In this document: positions 60,422-64,000 of the stretch, one piece after another | Layout: the number at the start of each line of letters is the position of its first letter | Position numbering within the stretch: the first letter of the stretch is position 1 | Source of the DNA: Alphaproteobacteria bacterium | Lineage (GTDB): Bacteria; Pseudomonadota; Alphaproteobacteria; Bin95 | Direction: 5' to 3' | NCBI GenBank assembly: GCA_964291285.2 | Contig: OZ219787.1 | Location: 1,440,001-1,504,000 of the forward strand | DNA: 64,000 bases | Translations under genes and position numbers: made by a program | Notes under the pieces: model-generated | What the model was told of the DNA's origin: nothing | The model's database searches: none | What the model saw: only the letters and a program-made list of their open reading frames with translations

Positions 60422-60517
60422 AGCCTGCCCCGGACCGGATCCGGGAGCCTGCCCCGGACTCGATCCGGGAGCCTGCCCCGGACGGGATCCGGGAGCCTGC
60501 CCCGGACGGGATCCGGG
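60422..60517 (+). repeat. Four tandem 24-bp hairpin units, in frame (SLPRT[G/R]SG x4)
   Basis: AGCCTGCCCCGGAC(CG/TC/GG)GATCCGGG repeated four times. Confidence 0.92.
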
Positions 60518-61473
60518 GACGAGACCCTGTCGGAACCGGTGCGCTTCCGCCGGGGCTGGATGCTGGGCGACGGCACCGGCTGCGGCAAGGGCCGGCAGGT
60601 CGCCGCCGTCATCCTCGACAGCCGGCTGAGGGGCAGGACGCGCGCCCTCTGGCTGTCGCAATCCGACAAGCTGCTGGAGGACGCAAGGCGCGACTGGACC
60701 GCTTTGGGCGGGCTGGAGAGCGACGTCATCCCGCTCGGCGCCTTTCGCCAGGGGCGGGAGATCCCCCTCGACGAGGGCATCCTGTTCGCCACCTACGCGA
60801 CACTGCGCTCGCCCTCCCGCCAGGGCAGGCCCTCGCGGCTGGAACAGGTCGTCGAATGGCTCGCCGGCTCGTTGGACGAGGAGGACCGCCGCGCCTTCGA
60901 CGGGGTCATCGTCTTCGACGAGGCCCACGCCATGGCCAACGCCGCCGGCTCGAAGAGCGGACGCGGCGAGACGAAGCCGTCGCAGCAGGGAAGGGCCGGC
61001 CTGCGCCTGCAGAACGCCCTGCCCGACGCCCGCATCGCCTATGTCTCCGCGACCGGCGCCACCACGCTCCCCGGCCTCGCCTATGCGGGGCGTCTGGGAT
61101 TGTGGGCCGCCGGCGAGACGCCGTTCGAGACCCGCACCGCCTTCGTCTCCGCCATGGAGGCCGGCGGCGTCGCCGCGATGGAGGTCGTCGCACGCGATCT
61201 GAAGGCCCTCGGCCTCTACCAGGCAAGGGCGCTCGCCTATGACGGCATCGAGGTCGACATCCTCGAACATTCGCTCACCCCGGAGCAGCGGCGCATCTAC
61301 GACGCCTATGCCGACGCCTTCAAGGTGATCCACCACAATATCGGGGAGGCGCTGAAGGCCACCGGCATCGTCCGGGGCGAGGACACGCTGAACAGGAACG
61401 CCAAAGCGGCAGCGCTGAGCGCCTTCGAGGGCACGAAGCAGCGCTTCTTCGGCCATCTGCTCACCGGCATGAA

Positions 61474-63169
61474 CCTAAATCCGGCAGTTGACGAGCTTGA
61501 TCGCTGTCTCGGGGTAGTGTGAACGGTCGGATTTGGGCGTGGATTTCAGCACGTGGTCGCGGCCCTGGGTGGCGGCAGCCAGGGTTGACGCCCCGGTTCG
61601 CGGCCATGGAGGTATTTCCTGAGCGCCTCGGCGAGGATGCGGCGCCAGCGATCCCCGGCGCTCAACTGCTCCGCAGTTTGCGTCAGCGACCGGAAGAAGC
61701 CGGCGATCCGGCGCAGCGCCGCCATCACCGTCTTGCGACGCCCGTGATGGGAGGTCACCGTCAGCCGGGTCTGGCCGGCGTGGTGGGTCTGGCGGGCAAC
61801 CCCGTGCAGGAGCAGCGGCCGGCTGGTGATCGCCTCGCGGTGATGGTCGGGGTCGGCGAGGCGCACGAACAGGCTCCACCAGTTGTAGATGAGCGCGATC
61901 AGCCGGGCCATGTGCCGGCAGCGCGTCAGGTCGCGCGTGGTGAAGCCGCCCCAACCCCACTGGTTCTTCAACTCGTCGAAGCCGTTCTCCGCGTCCGCCC
62001 GGTCGCGGTAGAGCTGGGCCAGCGAGCGTATCTCCAGGTCCAGCGAGGTCGCCAGCACCGCGAACTCCCACACCCCGGTGCCGGGCTGCGCCTCGGTCCA
62101 GAACAGCTCGCCCTGGGCCTTGTCGCCACGCGTCAGCGCCAGCGTCGCAGGAAGCCGCCGACGCAGCACCACAACCCGGCGCGTCCGGCTCCAGCCCTGC
62201 AGACGCAGATCGGCCCCGATCCCCGACCAGCCCTGGCCTGCATCCTCCCAGCCGTCCCGCACCATCAGCCGCTCGGCAAGCCGGCGCGCCCCCTTCGTCA
62301 GGCGCAGCTTGAACAAATAGTCCAGACCCGCAGCCTCGCACGACGCCATGTTGGCCTCGCTGCCCCAGTCCTTATCGCCCCGCACCAGACGCGGCCAGCG
62401 ATCCCGACCGAGACGGTCGAGCAACGCCCACAAGGACGGCGCCGCGCGCCTCGAATGGTGATGGTTGCCCGGCGCCACCTCGACATCCAGAACAAGCCGC
62501 GTGCCCGCCATCAGGAACGCATGGCAGGCATGCGAGGGGCGGCCCGGCTTCTTCGGGTTGTAGCTCACAACCGCCCCCTCCTGACGACCGTAAAGCGCCT
62601 TGATCGTCGTGTCGCAGTCCAGAACCCACGGCTCCCTCAGCAGCGGACGGACCACCTCGTCCAGATGGCCCTGAAGCCACGATGTGCCGACATCCGCACC
62701 GATCCGCTCCAGACCGCGCCGCACCGAATCCTCGCTCGCAACCTTGTCCATACCCAGCAGCGCAGGGTTCACCCCGTCGCCGCGCAGCGACGTGATGTGC
62801 GCATAGCGAGACTGCCCCGCCAGAACCGACAGAAGAACCGTCCCCAGGACATCCCGCTTCGACGGCGCGTTCGGGCTCGTGTAGTGCAGCGGGCAGTCCG
62901 CAACCAAAGCGTCAAAGCGACCGCTTACCTTCAGGTATTCCGAGAAAAACGCCAGATGCCCCAGCGGCGTCACCGCCGCATCAGGGTCCCATTCCACATG
63001 AACCGCGCCGCCGAAGGTGTCCACCTTCACCGACGCTCGGGCGACATCCCGCACAGCGCCAGGATAATCACCCAAAGGGTGAGCCTCTTCGGCCCCTGAA
63101 AAGCCGCTCATACCCGCAGACTACAAGGGATTCGGCAAGGCCAAGCCATCCTCAACTGCCGGATTTAGG
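61474..63169 (-). mobile_element. IS1380-family IS, 1696 bp
   Basis: Perfect 18-bp TIR CCTAAATCCGGCAGTTGA; 5-bp duplication ATGAA. Confidence 0.93.
61546..63111 (-). CDS. IS1380-family transposase
   Basis: 'VTPLG','LDCDTT..YG.QEG...YNP','RGD','YRDRADAEN.FDELK'. Confidence 0.88.
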   Translation of the reverse strand: MSGFSGAEEAHPLGDYPGAVRDVARASVKVDTFGGAVHVEWDPDAAVTPLGHLAFFSEYLKVSGRFDALVADCPLHYTSPNAPSKRDVLGTVLLSVLAGQSRYAHITSLRGDGVNPALLGMDKVASEDSVRRGLERIGADVGTSWLQGHLDEVVRPLLREPWVLDCDTTIKALYGRQEGAVVSYNPKKPGRPSHACHAFLMAGTRLVLDVEVAPGNHHHSRRAAPSLWALLDRLGRDRWPRLVRGDKDWGSEANMASCEAAGLDYLFKLRLTKGARRLAERLMVRDGWEDAGQGWSGIGADLRLQGWSRTRRVVVLRRRLPATLALTRGDKAQGELFWTEAQPGTGVWEFAVLATSLDLEIRSLAQLYRDRADAENGFDELKNQWGWGGFTTRDLTRCRHMARLIALIYNWWSLFVRLADPDHHREAITSRPLLLHGVARQTHHAGQTRLTVTSHHGRRKTVMAALRRIAGFFRSLTQTAEQLSAGDRWRRILAEALRKYLHGREPGRQPWLPPPRAATTC

Positions 63170-64000
63170 ATGAAGTGTCCGAGCCTGATCCGCGCCATCG
63201 AGGCCGACCTCGAAGCCGGGCGCTCGGCCGTGGTCCAGCTGGTCTCGACCGGCGAGGCGCTCATGGAGCGGCGCATCGCCGAGGTCCCTGCATCCGAGTG
63301 GGACGACCTCAATATCGACCTCACGCCCCGGGACGCCATCCTGTCCTGCCTGATGCACGCCTTCCCGGTGCAGTTGCAGGAGCCCTTCACCGACGACGGC
63401 GGCAAGCTGCTCAGCCGCCCCGCCAGGGACGCCGACGGCAACACGATCGTCTGCAAGGAGGCCGAGGAGCGGCGCGACGCCCTGATCGAAAAGCTCGCCG
63501 CGCTCCCGCCGGTGCCGACGGCGCTGGACCGGCTGGTGCAGCATTTCGGGCACGAGGCCGTCGCCGAGGTCACCGGCCGGTCGCGGCGGGTGCTGCGCAT
63601 TGTGGACGCAAGGGGCGAACGCCTCGCGCTGCGCTCGCGGCCCGCCTCCGCCAACCTCGCCGAGACCGCCGCGTTCATGGACGGGAGCAAGCGCATCCTG
63701 GTGTTCTCCATGGCCGGCGGCACCGGGCGCAGCTACCATGCCGACCTCGCTTGCGGGAACACGCAGCGGCGCATCCACTACCTGCTGGAGCCCGGCTGGC
63801 GGGCCGACCAGGCGATCCAGGGGCTCGGACGCACCCACAGGACGCACCAGGCCAGCGCGCCGCTGTTCCGGCCCGTCACCACGGACGTGAAGGGCGAGCG
63901 CCGCTTCATCGCCACCATCGCCCGGCGGCTCGACAGCCTGGGCGCCATCACCCGCGGCCAGCGCGACAGCCAGACCGCCATGGGCGACGCCGCGCTGTTC

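Larger units (their letters stand above)
58880..64000 (+). pseudogene. Strawberry-notch family methyltransferase/helicase, split by IS1380 and running off the window
   Basis: 'QQFSTP','LEPSAGTG','MNPPF','GDGTGCGKG','FDEAH','SATG'; frame resumes as GM|KCPSL after the IS; 'AGGTGRSYH','QGLGRTHR'. Confidence 0.88.

Noticed and set aside
60422-60517. CRISPR array
   Set aside because: The units are contiguous with no spacers, lie in frame in a gene, and no cas genes are present

Overview
High-GC window, probably alphaproteobacterial (inferred from a clade I Tat-exported nosZ and the repeat types), in three blocks. (1) 1-17.9 kb is accessory DNA: an AlbA_2/RecG-C-like gene plus a DUF499 ATPase, an XRE-ImmA/IrrE peptidase truncated by a 132-bp MITE, and a nested IS pile-up. 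In that pile-up an IS5/IS1031-type element sits inside a DUF4338-fused ISAs1, which sits in the end of an IS1182-like element. The stack abuts an unusual four-gene IS21 element carrying a degenerate Toprim passenger and a structured leader. Three RHH-like genes and an integrase remnant follow. (2) 18.5-38.3 kb is metabolic: a complete nosRZDFYLX cluster with a cytochrome c and an FNR-type box, a truncated metF, a fused glycine/sarcosine/dimethylglycine methyltransferase and several oxidoreductases. (3) 38.5-64 kb is a decaying ICE-like region: tandem tyrosine integrases, a low-GC candidate defence cassette between ISKra4 remnants, a MoxR-DUF3150-vWA triad, ParB, HATPase, RadC, a HEPN-like gene, the second MITE copy and a strawberry-notch helicase split by IS1380. 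I recognised no rRNA, tRNA or CRISPR array. All family calls come from motifs read by eye, not from database searches.
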